A stretch of 64,000 nucleotides of DNA, from the IMG/VR virus record IMGVR_UViG_3300034082_002096; one strand, 5' to 3'. Made by a program: the position numbers and the translations under genes. Under the pieces are notes generated by a model. It made no database searches and was not told the DNA's origin. It saw nothing but the letters and a program-made list of their open reading frames with translations. This document shows, one piece after another, positions 38,632 through 48,550 of this stretch (position 1 is the stretch's first letter; every line of letters begins with the position of its first letter). The DNA comes from an uncultured virus (IMG/VR IMGVR_UViG_3300034082_002096). Its lineage: Duplodnaviria; Heunggongvirae; Uroviricota; Caudoviricetes.

Positions 38632-39945
38632 TTATATTTCTTTTAAATCTAACAAAAACTGATCTTTAGAAGTAGTAGAACTCCAATAAATCGTTTTTTT
38701 AACACATTCTTCTATTTGGTTTTTAAGATCATCTACTTGCTCAAGTGTCAAGGATAGCATATTAATACGTAACAATCGGTCATAGTCAGTTTCGATTGCT
38801 GTTGTATTTTTTGCAATTTGGGAAACGACTACATCTTTTTTGTTATTTTTAAAAATAATCTTACCATTTAGTATTCCTAAAATGAATTCCATCTTCACTT
38901 TTAGCCAACGTGCTTCTTCTTTGACTAATTTCAAATTTAATTCAATTCGTTTTTGTAAAATGCCAATACGAAACTCACAAAAATCTTTAATTAGATCACG
39001 TTCATCAGAATATTCCCGTAACTTTCCATTTTGATCAATTACTGTTAAGTTTTCAGTATGAGGTTTGGATAATTTAAATTCTTTAATGATTTTATCATTG
39101 TCCCAATCACCTGCATGATTTTTTAACTTTACTTCAAACTCGAATCCATTGGAATTACACCGATCTTCATACGACACTATGTCGCCAGCATCTTCAATAC
39201 TATCTAGTATCTTGATGTATGATTCGCGATCATGTCCATAAGGAACATCAGTAATTATTAGTTTTGTTTTGCCTTGTCGAGTGAATACTCCAACACAACT
39301 ATACTTATTTGTTAATGCATCGTATTCGGTAGTTCCAGTAAATTGTGGGAATTTAACTGCCAATCTATTTTTTATTTTTCCAGTTTTTAGATATTCATTA
39401 CATGCTTTTTTTACATCATCAACTGATCTTGGGAGAATATTAGTAGCAAATGCAACTGCAACCCCTTTAACCCCATTAATTAATACTAATGGAATTACAG
39501 GAAGATAATATTGTGGTGGAATATGTTCTGGATCAGAATGAACTGGACACAAATCAATGTCTTGGATATATTTACTAAAGTTTTTATGAACTCGCGTATA
39601 TACATAACGTGGTGCACCTGCTTCTTGGATTAACCTAGAACCAAAACTTCCTCGCCCTTCAACCAGACATAGATTATTATACCATTCTGCCGCCATAAGT
39701 TGCCCAGTAGATGCAACGGCGGTTTCTGCGTGAGTATATCCATAATCACTTACAATACCTGCAATTGCACTTACTTTTTTAAATTCCTTTGCAGAATTCA
39801 CCAATGATGAATACAGATAAAACCTTTGCGATGGTTTAAGTCCATCTATCATGCTAGGAATAGCACGGCCTTCGATTGTATACATTGCAAATTCACGCCA
39901 TTCATTATTTGCAATATCGCTTAATGTGTAATCTTGTGTTTTCAT
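38632..39945 (-). CDS. DNA topoisomerase II medium subunit (T4 gp52-like)
   Basis: RAIPSMIDGLKPSQR, GSFGSR, APRY catalytic Tyr. Confidence 0.95.
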   Translation of the reverse strand: MKTQDYTLSDIANNEWREFAMYTIEGRAIPSMIDGLKPSQRFYLYSSLVNSAKEFKKVSAIAGIVSDYGYTHAETAVASTGQLMAAEWYNNLCLVEGRGSFGSRLIQEAGAPRYVYTRVHKNFSKYIQDIDLCPVHSDPEHIPPQYYLPVIPLVLINGVKGVAVAFATNILPRSVDDVKKACNEYLKTGKIKNRLAVKFPQFTGTTEYDALTNKYSCVGVFTRQGKTKLIITDVPYGHDRESYIKILDSIEDAGDIVSYEDRCNSNGFEFEVKLKNHAGDWDNDKIIKEFKLSKPHTENLTVIDQNGKLREYSDERDLIKDFCEFRIGILQKRIELNLKLVKEEARWLKVKMEFILGILNGKIIFKNNKKDVVVSQIAKNTTAIETDYDRLLRINMLSLTLEQVDDLKNQIEECVKKTIYWSSTTSKDQFLLDLKEI

Positions 39946-39954
39946 TGTATTACC

Positions 39955-41775
39955 TTATTTCAAAAATTCTTTACGAAGATCAGCTTCTTTACCAAACATA
40001 ATTTCAAAGCAATTAGGATCATCCGTTACTACAGTATCAAAGACTGGTTTGTTGATGATAATATCATACTCTTCTGTTGTCAATGATGCAAGTCCTTTGA
40101 TATAACGATGAGTATACCCGTTATTTTTATCTTTAAATTCAGATGATTCTACATAAGAATAAAACCATTTTACATCTTTTGCTTTAGTGCTAATCATAAT
40201 CGGCGTTCTAGTTATACATATTCTTTTCTCTAAAAATAGCTTAGGCCAATACTTATAGAAAAATGCAACTAATAAGGGAGCAATATGACCAATACCATCA
40301 TGATCTGCATCAGTAAGTGTTGCAATAGTTTTGTAATTCATATCCTTTACACTATTTGGATTATTAATATCTAATCCTAACACAGAAATTAATTCACTTA
40401 GTTCTTTATTTTTTAATACTTCATGTGGTTTCATATCCCATGTATTTAAAATAACGCCACGCAACGGAAAACCACCCGATGTAGCAGGATTACGAACTTT
40501 CAAGAATGATCCCAATGCAGAATCACCTTCGCACAAGAATAGTGTAGCATCATCTTTTGTTGCAGAAATATGTTTTGCAACCTTTACCTTTTTTAACTTT
40601 TTCTGTGCAGCATTCGCTTCTCGTTGCTCGGCTGCTAGTCGTTTTGCAAGTTGTGCTTCGATAATAGGATCAATAATTTCTGCACTCGCCAATACTTTCT
40701 TTGCGATTGCTACTAAATCAGGTCCACTACTTGCAGTATAATGTTCTTTTACTGATGAAATAGAACTAGTCAATCGTTCCTTAGTTTGTGAATCAAATTT
40801 TGGATCGGTAAAATTACGAGCAAACATTAAGAAGCTTAATCCATTTTTGATTACGCTTTTTGCAACTTCGATCTTATGCTTTTTCTTAATTTGTGTTACC
40901 AATTCATCAATAACACCATTGACTACATAATCTACATAAACCCCACCAAGTCTAGTATTAACTCCATTTATATATGAATTGCTTCTGAAACCGTCTTCAC
41001 TACCAATAAAGAACATTCCAATATTATCTGTTTGATAAATTACTGGATTTTCACTACCAAATAATGCTGCATATTTTTTCAGACTATTTTCACTTACTTT
41101 TTTTCCATTTAGAGAAAACTGAATTTCAGGAAAAGCAAGCTGCAAACTTGTAATACGATCTTCGACAAGATCAATAGTATTGGCTTCTACCAAGCTATTA
41201 ACACCAAACAGAGAAAAGTCTGGAACAAATGAAACCCTAGTTCCATTTCCTACTTTTTTCTTGAGTTGGGTCATGATTATATCTGCCCCATCTTTGCAGT
41301 CAACAATTACTAACTGCCCATCACGCCATGTTTCACCAAGGAAAGATACGCTTAGAAAGTTGGTAACAGCACTACCAACGCCGTTAGCCCCAATTGTAGT
41401 ACGATCATCAGTGAAACTAGTTCCTGCATTGGTTCGCGTCCATGCGGCTACTGGGCGTAATAGTGTTTCATTTGTAACCGTATCACGAATAGTATCTTGT
41501 GGAATACCACGACCATTATCAGATACAATTACTTTATTTTTATCTATAGTAACATCAATCTTATTTGCATACTCAAACTTTGTTCTAATTGATTCATCTA
41601 TTGCATTGTCGATAATTTCATCAATCATTTTGTTAAGAGCAGGAACGTAAGAAACAGATTTCCAAACTCCCAAAACAAACCGTTCTGTATTCTCTAATGA
41701 TGCTGACCCCATATACATACCAATTCTAGCACGAGCATGTTTTCTTGGTGATAAAATCTCAAACTTTTCTGTCAT
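39955..41775 (-). CDS. DNA topoisomerase II large subunit (fused gp39+gp60-like)
   Basis: EIIDNAIDE, DNGRGIP, EGDSA, PLRG, DADHDG, YIKGL. Confidence 0.95.
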   Translation of the reverse strand: MTEKFEILSPRKHARARIGMYMGSASLENTERFVLGVWKSVSYVPALNKMIDEIIDNAIDESIRTKFEYANKIDVTIDKNKVIVSDNGRGIPQDTIRDTVTNETLLRPVAAWTRTNAGTSFTDDRTTIGANGVGSAVTNFLSVSFLGETWRDGQLVIVDCKDGADIIMTQLKKKVGNGTRVSFVPDFSLFGVNSLVEANTIDLVEDRITSLQLAFPEIQFSLNGKKVSENSLKKYAALFGSENPVIYQTDNIGMFFIGSEDGFRSNSYINGVNTRLGGVYVDYVVNGVIDELVTQIKKKHKIEVAKSVIKNGLSFLMFARNFTDPKFDSQTKERLTSSISSVKEHYTASSGPDLVAIAKKVLASAEIIDPIIEAQLAKRLAAEQREANAAQKKLKKVKVAKHISATKDDATLFLCEGDSALGSFLKVRNPATSGGFPLRGVILNTWDMKPHEVLKNKELSELISVLGLDINNPNSVKDMNYKTIATLTDADHDGIGHIAPLLVAFFYKYWPKLFLEKRICITRTPIMISTKAKDVKWFYSYVESSEFKDKNNGYTHRYIKGLASLTTEEYDIIINKPVFDTVVTDDPNCFEIMFGKEADLRKEFLK

Positions 41776-41785
41776 AATGTATCTT

Positions 41786-42307
41786 TCATTTAATTCGCAA
41801 ATCTTCGATATTTACTGGTGTATAATTAGTTTTTTCAACACAAACATTTATATGGTATTCTTCATATGCGTCATTTTGATGTATATGTCCATGGACATTC
41901 GTTAAATATGATTGCGTATGATAATGGTATAATGTTTCTTTATGCTGTGGAACATGAGATAACAACAATCCAAATTCTGGAAGTTTTCTCCAAAACTGTA
42001 CTTTATTAAATGCCTTACTATTTACCATAAAATCTAAATCATCGTGATTTCCAATAATAAGATTTATTTTTCCGTGTAATCTTTTTCTAAGTTCTGGAAA
42101 CTTATTTATATCTCCAACAAAAAAATCTCCCAGATGATAAACCTTGTCATATGGTTTTACAACACTGTTCCATCGTTCTATCATAAATTCATCCATTTCT
42201 GTAACAGATGAAAATTGTGGACGAACAAGATTTCCACTATTATCTTTGAATTCTAAAATGCTTTCTTGAAACCAATGATGGTCGCTGGTAATCCATATTT
42301 CTTTCAT
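41786..42307 (-). CDS. Calcineurin-like metallophosphoesterase
   Basis: SDHH, HLGDF, GNHD, HGHIH. Confidence 0.88.
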   Translation of the reverse strand: MKEIWITSDHHWFQESILEFKDNSGNLVRPQFSSVTEMDEFMIERWNSVVKPYDKVYHLGDFFVGDINKFPELRKRLHGKINLIIGNHDDLDFMVNSKAFNKVQFWRKLPEFGLLLSHVPQHKETLYHYHTQSYLTNVHGHIHQNDAYEEYHINVCVEKTNYTPVNIEDLRIK

Positions 42308-42336
42308 GTTGAACCTTATTTAACTAATATAGGGCG

Positions 42337-42365
42337 AGTATAATGTGCTTTTCTCCACATGTCAA
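42337..42365 (-). promoter_or_regulatory. Sigma70-type promoter
   Basis: TTGACA-N17-TATACT. Confidence 0.75.
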
Positions 42366-42423
42366 GTGCTTATTTACTACTTGGTATTACTAAATAGTAA
42401 CATATTCAACAGGAGATACTAAA

Positions 42424-42657
42424 ATGAACCCCACTGACATTATTAAAGTTGATGTTCCTACATTTATTAGGTTTTTAGAACTAGCAAGAGAAGAAGTAAA
42501 AGATGATGCAGCATTGCATATAATTGCAGAAAAAATTGTTGAAATCAGTAAAGAAAAAGTTGTAACAATGAAAGATTATGAAGAAATCATATCTGATATA
42601 GACTATAAAAATAAAGAGAATCAACTAAGTGAAATTCGCAGATTAAGTGGAATATAA
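42424..42657 (+). CDS. Small late protein
   Basis: TAAATA, AGGAG; DVPTFIRFLELARE, ends IRRLSGI. Confidence 0.75.
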   Translation: MNPTDIIKVDVPTFIRFLELAREEVKDDAALHIIAEKIVEISKEKVVTMKDYEEIISDIDYKNKENQLSEIRRLSGI

Positions 42658-42658
42658 T

Positions 42659-43231
42659 ATGGCATTAAATGGCATTTCAACACTATCTACCAAACAAGCC
42701 CGCCAAGTTGCTAAACTTGATTTAGCTGCTATAAATAGGACTGCTGTTGGAAACTCAAGAGCCTCTTATATTATTACACAGTTGCCCACGCAGTATGATG
42801 GCAATGTAGTAGTTGACAATCCAAATATTGGCGGATTAGTATTAGGTCGTCCTTGGATTGCTATATTTATTGGTATGGATAATCCTGCCAATGCTGCAGA
42901 ACCTGATGCCACAGCATGGGTATTGATGGATGGCCCTCTTTATAATACTGAAGGTGTCGCAGGTTCTGGCTTTGTTGGCGGACAGAGTTGGCGTAAGATG
43001 ACTCCAATTGGATACTATCCATATGGAAAAGAAACATATATTTACGGAGACGAACAAGTAAGATGGAATGGTGTTTACTGGGCGTATGTTAATGATACGG
43101 CTCAAAGAACTTTTGCTATTTCATACGATAATGTCCAGTGGCCGTGGTTAGCAACATGGACTAATAATTTTACTGGAGCCAAGATTACAGCTACATATGT
43201 AAAGACAACCAACTATCCTGCGGTGCCTTAA
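42659..43231 (+). CDS. Probable virion protein
   Basis: MALNGISTL start, aromatic/Gly-rich C-terminus. Confidence 0.65.
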   Translation: MALNGISTLSTKQARQVAKLDLAAINRTAVGNSRASYIITQLPTQYDGNVVVDNPNIGGLVLGRPWIAIFIGMDNPANAAEPDATAWVLMDGPLYNTEGVAGSGFVGGQSWRKMTPIGYYPYGKETYIYGDEQVRWNGVYWAYVNDTAQRTFAISYDNVQWPWLATWTNNFTGAKITATYVKTTNYPAVP

Positions 43232-43276
43232 AAATGGATTAAATCTCGGTAGCTTAATTGTTAGACGACATTTAAT

Positions 43277-43975
43277 TTAATCTTTTTTAGACTTTCTAAA
43301 TGACGTTTTAAGATCAAATCCAGCTTTTACAATTTTGCTTTTATCTGACAAAATAACGGTTTCTTTATTTTGTGGCAAAACTCCACTAACCCACTGATCT
43401 ACTTCCATAAACATGGTAAAGCTATCTTTAATTTTAAAGAAATCCCAAGCTTTTAAATTAGATGGATTAATCCATACATTACTTTTCTTATGGATTGGCT
43501 CATTAGTTTGACGCCAATTCCATCCACCATGACTATATTCTTCTGGCATAATAAGAGCAAATGCAGCATTATGCTTGCACAAAAAATCTATTACTGCTTT
43601 TTCTTGGAATGCAGGTTGGTTACAAAACCAAAGATAATCTTCTTTATGTGATCCCCACCATACGCTATGATTATCCATATCTGGATATTTTTCAATAATG
43701 TCAGAAACGTCATACATTATTACATTTTGCCAATGCGTTCCATTCCAAATTTCTTCATAAACAAACGGAAATACTGCACCAACGCACATAATTGCACCAA
43801 TGTTCAAACGCTTGTCTCTTTTTTCTGTAGTAGCAACACGAATTTTAGGAAAAAAGAATTCGTTGGTGGAAAAATCTGATTTCTCAAAATTAGAATTACG
43901 GACCAATGTTACTGACTTATCAACTCCATAAGCCGCAGCAGAATCCCAATAGTCATGACCACCAACGATTTTCAT
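43277..43975 (-). CDS. Hypothetical phage protein
   Basis: MKIVGGHDYWD...GFDLKTSFRK. Confidence 0.75.
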   Translation of the reverse strand: MKIVGGHDYWDSAAAYGVDKSVTLVRNSNFEKSDFSTNEFFFPKIRVATTEKRDKRLNIGAIMCVGAVFPFVYEEIWNGTHWQNVIMYDVSDIIEKYPDMDNHSVWWGSHKEDYLWFCNQPAFQEKAVIDFLCKHNAAFALIMPEEYSHGGWNWRQTNEPIHKKSNVWINPSNLKAWDFFKIKDSFTMFMEVDQWVSGVLPQNKETVILSDKSKIVKAGFDLKTSFRKSKKD

Positions 43976-43976
43976 T

Positions 43977-44489
43977 TCAGTTATCCAATATAAAGTCAAA
44001 CAATGTTTTTACGTTTCTCAACAACGAATCATAGTCTTCGTTGTTGTCTATAACGTAATCTGACATATCTTTGGTCACAGTGCAAGAACTTTCGTCTTCT
44101 GGTGGAAGTCTTTTACTGGCATCGACCCAGATGATATAATCACACACGTCTTGTTCAGTTAGTGCTTCTAATTCTTCTTTTCTACGCAATCCGCAATATA
44201 TATCAAATTGCGAAAATAATTCTTTTCCAAGTCTTGCAGGATCATCTGAATTATGTTCAGCTATTAAATCATACCATTCTTTTCTGTGATTATGTCTATC
44301 ATTATAGCATTCTTCTAATGTAGTATACCCATATATTGGAGAAAGCACAGGAAATAACACTTTTTCATTGCAAAATTGACTACTACTCATAAACTTAAAA
44401 TTGTAGTCTCTTTGTAAAATATCACAAACAGTATCTTTTCCATGTCTGCCATGACCTATTATTATTAATTTTGGTAATTGTTTATTCAT
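43977..44489 (-). CDS. P-loop nucleotide monophosphate kinase-like protein
   Basis: IIGHGRHGKDTV, IWVDA, YVIDNN. Confidence 0.75.
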   Translation of the reverse strand: MNKQLPKLIIIGHGRHGKDTVCDILQRDYNFKFMSSSQFCNEKVLFPVLSPIYGYTTLEECYNDRHNHRKEWYDLIAEHNSDDPARLGKELFSQFDIYCGLRRKEELEALTEQDVCDYIIWVDASKRLPPEDESSCTVTKDMSDYVIDNNEDYDSLLRNVKTLFDFILDN

Positions 44490-44661
44490 TATAACCTTTA
44501 TGAAACTTATACATTTTAACATAAAATTCAAATGCAGCAGGATAATTCTCAGGATTTGGAACTTTATTTTCAAAATACTCAAGAAATTCAATTACTTCTT
44601 GATTTGCAGAATTATCTACTAAATTAGAACTATTTTCTTTTTCATCATTATTTATAGTCAT
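44482..44661 (-). CDS. Small 59-aa hypothetical protein missing from track
   Basis: MTINNDEKEN...VPNPENYPAAFEFYVKMYKF. Confidence 0.6.
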   Translation of the reverse strand: MTINNDEKENSSNLVDNSANQEVIEFLEYFENKVPNPENYPAAFEFYVKMYKFHKGYNE

Positions 44662-44676
44662 GATTTAGTTCCCATA

Positions 44677-44922
44677 TTATTTTATTAATACCTTATATGC
44701 GACTACATTTTTATCAAGTTTTATAGTATTGTGTGGAACGCGATATACTGTATTTGTCATTTTAAACGGTCCATCGGTTTCTATCCCAACAGAACTGGCA
44801 CCTGATTTAGTTGTAGATATTTTTATTATCTTTCCATATACTAGATTAGTTTGATCTTTTCTAGATATAGCAACATAGTCACCTATTGCTAAACTGTTTC
44901 CTACAAAATCTTCAATTGTCAT
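44677..44922 (-). CDS. Hypothetical protein
   Basis: GGAG SD; D..GN.LAIGDYVA. Confidence 0.7.
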   Translation of the reverse strand: MTIEDFVGNSLAIGDYVAISRKDQTNLVYGKIIKISTTKSGASSVGIETDGPFKMTNTVYRVPHNTIKLDKNVVAYKVLIK

Positions 44923-44938
44923 ATATTCTCCAATTGTA

Positions 44939-44973
44939 TTATAATATCATAGTGAATCACTATGATATTATAA
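44939..44973. repeat. Perfect 17-bp inverted repeat with 1-nt spacer
   Basis: TTATAATATCATAGTGA-A-TCACTATGATATTATAA. Confidence 0.9.
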
Positions 44974-44977
44974 ACTT

Positions 44978-45568
44978 TTATTTTTTTGTTACAATACTAT
45001 CAGCAAGCCCATAATTGATTGCTTCTGTGGCAGTCATATAATAATCTCGTGACATATCTTTTTCAAATTGTTCGTATGTCTTGCCAGCAGTATTATGTTT
45101 GACATATACTTCGATCAATTCTTTATTAATACGCAAAGTTTCATCCATTGCAATTTTCATATCCATTGCTGTTCCTCTAGTTCCAGAACTAACTTGATGG
45201 ATCATATGTCTTGCATGAGTCATGATGTAGCGATGGCCTTGTTCGCCTGCTTGTGCTAGTAGTGATCCCATGCTAGCTGCTTGCCCCATTACTACGGTAT
45301 GAACGGGACTTTTAATGAAATCCATTGTATCTAGTATACTGAAACCATCACTTACTGATCCACCGGGACTATTAATATAAAAATTAATAGGAAGGGAATT
45401 GTTATCACTCTCAAGAAATAACATTTGTGCAACTATTAGACTTGCACTATGACTATTAACATCAGTGTCTAGCATGATTATACGATCTTTTAAAAGACGA
45501 GAATATAAATCATATGCACGTTCACCGTGTGAGTTTTTTTCTATTACGCTTGGTATAAAATTTGGCAT
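44978..45568 (-). CDS. clpP: ClpP protease
   Basis: [31 protein letters not shown]. Confidence 0.96.
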   Translation of the reverse strand: MPNFIPSVIEKNSHGERAYDLYSRLLKDRIIMLDTDVNSHSASLIVAQMLFLESDNNSLPINFYINSPGGSVSDGFSILDTMDFIKSPVHTVVMGQAASMGSLLAQAGEQGHRYIMTHARHMIHQVSSGTRGTAMDMKIAMDETLRINKELIEVYVKHNTAGKTYEQFEKDMSRDYYMTATEAINYGLADSIVTKK

Positions 45569-45577
45569 TGTTTTTCC

Positions 45578-45985
45578 TTATTCAATAATTTCTTCGATTG
45601 TTGGATTTTCAAAATAATATTGCGATGATACATATTCCCATTCATTATTTTCTATATAGTCTTGGCGATTCCAATATTGTTCACTTTCTGGATCATATTC
45701 ATCCATCCATTTATAAATTTCTGAATGATCGCAATCATCAGAAGAAAACACATTAACATTAATAAATTCTTCATCGCCAGTTTCTTCGATATAAAATTGA
45801 TCTTCTCTAATGTAGTAGTCAGAATCAAATTCATCTATAGGAAAAATATCATCTTCATATATTTTGAGTCTTATATTACCATACTTACAACAGTTTGTCA
45901 ACTCAATATATATTTCGCCTTTTTTGTAGGTATGAACTTCATAAAATGTCCATCTATCCGTTGTTGTTATTAGATATTCTTTCAT
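45578..45985 (-). CDS. Acidic hypothetical protein
   Basis: ORF in operon. Confidence 0.7.
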   Translation of the reverse strand: MKEYLITTTDRWTFYEVHTYKKGEIYIELTNCCKYGNIRLKIYEDDIFPIDEFDSDYYIREDQFYIEETGDEEFINVNVFSSDDCDHSEIYKWMDEYDPESEQYWNRQDYIENNEWEYVSSQYYFENPTIEEIIE

Positions 45986-45986
45986 T

Positions 45987-46379
45987 TTACTCTTCTATTA
46001 CTTCTACAGGGACGCCAGCTTTTTTAGCAATGTCAATCATCATTTTTGTTCCTACCCCTCCACTAAATGCAATAACCATATCTGGTTTTCCTACTTTTAA
46101 CATTAATGAATTTCTTATAAATCCAGCCGATTTTCCATAGGTAGTCCAATCTGCTTCATATTCTTCTTGTTCGACATTTCTATCTTTTGCCCACATACTT
46201 GCTATACGGTCAGCACCTTTGGCACCGCCTTGTATTAAGACAATTTTGTTTTCTGATAAATTTATTGAATCATTTTTTGATTGCTGCGATACTTCATATA
46301 ATATATCTAATATTTCATATATTTTTGGTATGTTGCTATAATTTCTGCCGCCACATACTAATACTCTAAGTTCATCCAT
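45987..46379 (-). CDS. SLOG/YspA-like (DUF2493) protein
   Basis: VLVCGGRNY, GGAKGAD, AGFIRNSLM, GTKMMI. Confidence 0.85.
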   Translation of the reverse strand: MDELRVLVCGGRNYSNIPKIYEILDILYEVSQQSKNDSINLSENKIVLIQGGAKGADRIASMWAKDRNVEQEEYEADWTTYGKSAGFIRNSLMLKVGKPDMVIAFSGGVGTKMMIDIAKKAGVPVEVIEE

Positions 46380-46381
46380 AA

Positions 46382-47158
46382 TTAATCTAACTCTGATAAT
46401 GATCCATTTTTAATCAAATAGTCATAATCATATACTAATGGTAGTCTTTTTTCTATTTCCCATGTATACAATACACCAGATGGTATTTCAAATGTTTTAT
46501 AAAAATTGGTGCTTCCGTTATTAAATGAACTTAATGAAAACATTGTTTTTCCATTTGAATCATTTGCCGCATATCCAACAGCTTTGCCTGCTTTATTATA
46601 TACTGTATAGTAGTCAGTTACAAGTGGAATTTTGAATTTATCTATAGAAATAAAAACACTTCGTAATCCTTTATCTTCACCATATATGGTTATAAAGCTA
46701 TAAAGATTTTCAAAACCTGCTTTTTTTGTGGTTGACATTGCAAATGTATTATATTCGTTTATTTGTTCTGATATAATCTCTTTTGCATTTCCAGAATATG
46801 ATTTTATATCTACACTTGGTCTACGAACCATAGTGGTAACATATTTTGGTATTTTTACATATGCACTGTTATTTTTTAAATTACTTAATAAGTAATGATT
46901 GTCTATATAAAACTTTTCTTTTGGTATTCTAAACGAATGACTTAACTTACCAATTCCCTTAATATCAAATGCGTCGTTTTCTTTTCCAACATCAACAATA
47001 GTATCGGGTGCACCCATTTCTTTAGAATCAGGATACACGCTTCGTAGACCATCGGTTATTAACTTTTCGAGTGGTTTTCCTGTAGGAAGCGAATCAGTGT
47101 AATCCCAGTAGTGTTGAATGTGGCCTATTATTGAATATAATGAACTTTTAGATATCAT
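46382..47158 (-). CDS. Hypothetical protein, possible PD-(D/E)xK nuclease
   Basis: E...VDV...FDIK pattern. Confidence 0.45.
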   Translation of the reverse strand: MISKSSLYSIIGHIQHYWDYTDSLPTGKPLEKLITDGLRSVYPDSKEMGAPDTIVDVGKENDAFDIKGIGKLSHSFRIPKEKFYIDNHYLLSNLKNNSAYVKIPKYVTTMVRRPSVDIKSYSGNAKEIISEQINEYNTFAMSTTKKAGFENLYSFITIYGEDKGLRSVFISIDKFKIPLVTDYYTVYNKAGKAVGYAANDSNGKTMFSLSSFNNGSTNFYKTFEIPSGVLYTWEIEKRLPLVYDYDYLIKNGSLSELD

Positions 47159-48048
47159 GACTTATTATTGCACTCGTCACATAATGTTCTAACCCATGGG
47201 TTATCTGCTCTAGTGCTTCCTTTGTTTCCGCATACTTCACATGTACACATGCTCATGGAAGCTGCCATTGCAACAACACCATTAATATAATCATCGCTAG
47301 ATGTAGTATAAATTCGTAGACTTCCAAATTTTTCTTTTATCTGAACAATTTTGAAATTTGTATAGTTCATATTATAAACTCTACGATTAATATGCCAACA
47401 TGCATAATTGATAATATCTAACCAACCATTATTGCACTCTATAGAGCATGAAAGTATATTTTCATACTTTTTTGCTATTTCTTCATATTTTTCATTCATA
47501 TTAAAAATCTCTTTCTATGATACTTATTGTTGGACTTGTGAGGCTGGAATATTTGTTTAATATTTCTCTTGCTTTTTTTACATAGTCATCGCGTTGAAAT
47601 CCAGCTTTGTCTATACTCATTTCTATATAGCTATATGCAATTGATTGCAATGCACGTTTATAATCTCGTAATTCATTTTCACGATCAGATAATAAAAAAT
47701 CGGCTGCATCCATACCCCACTGTGCCCAATAGTTTTGTATAGATTGTTCTAGCGTTTTTCCACTAGAAACAATATCTGGGTCAGATGTTTGTATAATCCA
47801 ATTATTATCTTCAAAAAAATATTTACTATTTTCTGGTAATAAATTTTCTAATAAAATATTATTTGTCATTTTATATCACTATCATATTTGTTTACATTAT
47901 AGTCATCAATCAAAACTGGCCCTAGATCACGTTCTTGTTCCATATAATGACCATCATGAATAATCACATTTTTCATTTGACACGGACAACGTGGTTCGCC
48001 ATTTTGTGGCCCAATACATTCACACGTCCACATATCATTGTTTTTCAT
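47155..48048 (-). CDS. Three hypothetical ORFs (47155-47499 with QIKEKFG.LR and CxxC; 47501-47869; 47866-48048)
   Basis: Coupled co-oriented ORFs. Confidence 0.7.
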
Positions 48049-48434
48049 ATTTTACTTCCATCTATGAATTTATTAATACCATTTTTCATTGTAAGATAAT
48101 TGTCTAGATACATTTGAATATTTTTAGCACCAATTGGATTTTTACTATGAACATAAAATTGAAAATCTTGTGGAATATGCACAAGATTGTCCATGTCTCT
48201 AGATACCAATTCTTTTACAATATCATACCCAGTTGCTTCGCCTTTTCCCAAATCATGGTCAAAGCTTATATAAGAAGGAAACTGGTTACGCTTGGCGATT
48301 TCATAATAAACTTCAAATTCGTTACGAGCAATTGTCCATTCTTCACTCACATATTTATTATAGATGTAATATGGTGCCCATTTTACATCTTGCGGATTTC
48401 TCTCATCGTCAATAAAAAGATTCCAGTCCATCAT
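48045..48434 (-). CDS. Cyclic-phosphate-processing receiver-domain protein
   Basis: LFIDDERNP, ISFDHDLG, TGYD, VHSKNPIG. Confidence 0.8.
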   Translation of the reverse strand: MMDWNLFIDDERNPQDVKWAPYYIYNKYVSEEWTIARNEFEVYYEIAKRNQFPSYISFDHDLGKGEATGYDIVKELVSRDMDNLVHIPQDFQFYVHSKNPIGAKNIQMYLDNYLTMKNGINKFIDGSKI

Positions 48435-48460
48435 CCGTATCCATATATTATATTACTGAC

Positions 48461-48489
48461 ACTGTATCACATACATATGCCAATGTCAA
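48461..48489 (-). promoter_or_regulatory. Sigma70-type promoter
   Basis: TTGACA-N17-TACAGT. Confidence 0.6.
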
Positions 48490-48550
48490 GAACTTTAAAA
48501 TCTTAATAAAATGCAATAAATAGTAGTATACATTCAAATAGGACATCATT

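Noticed and set aside
39955..41775. T4 gene 60-style ribosomal bypass
   Set aside because: The gp39 and gp60 regions form one continuous ORF
43240..43272. tRNA-like 5' fragment (GGTAGCTTAATTGTTAGA)
   Set aside because: No anticodon arm, T arm or acceptor partner
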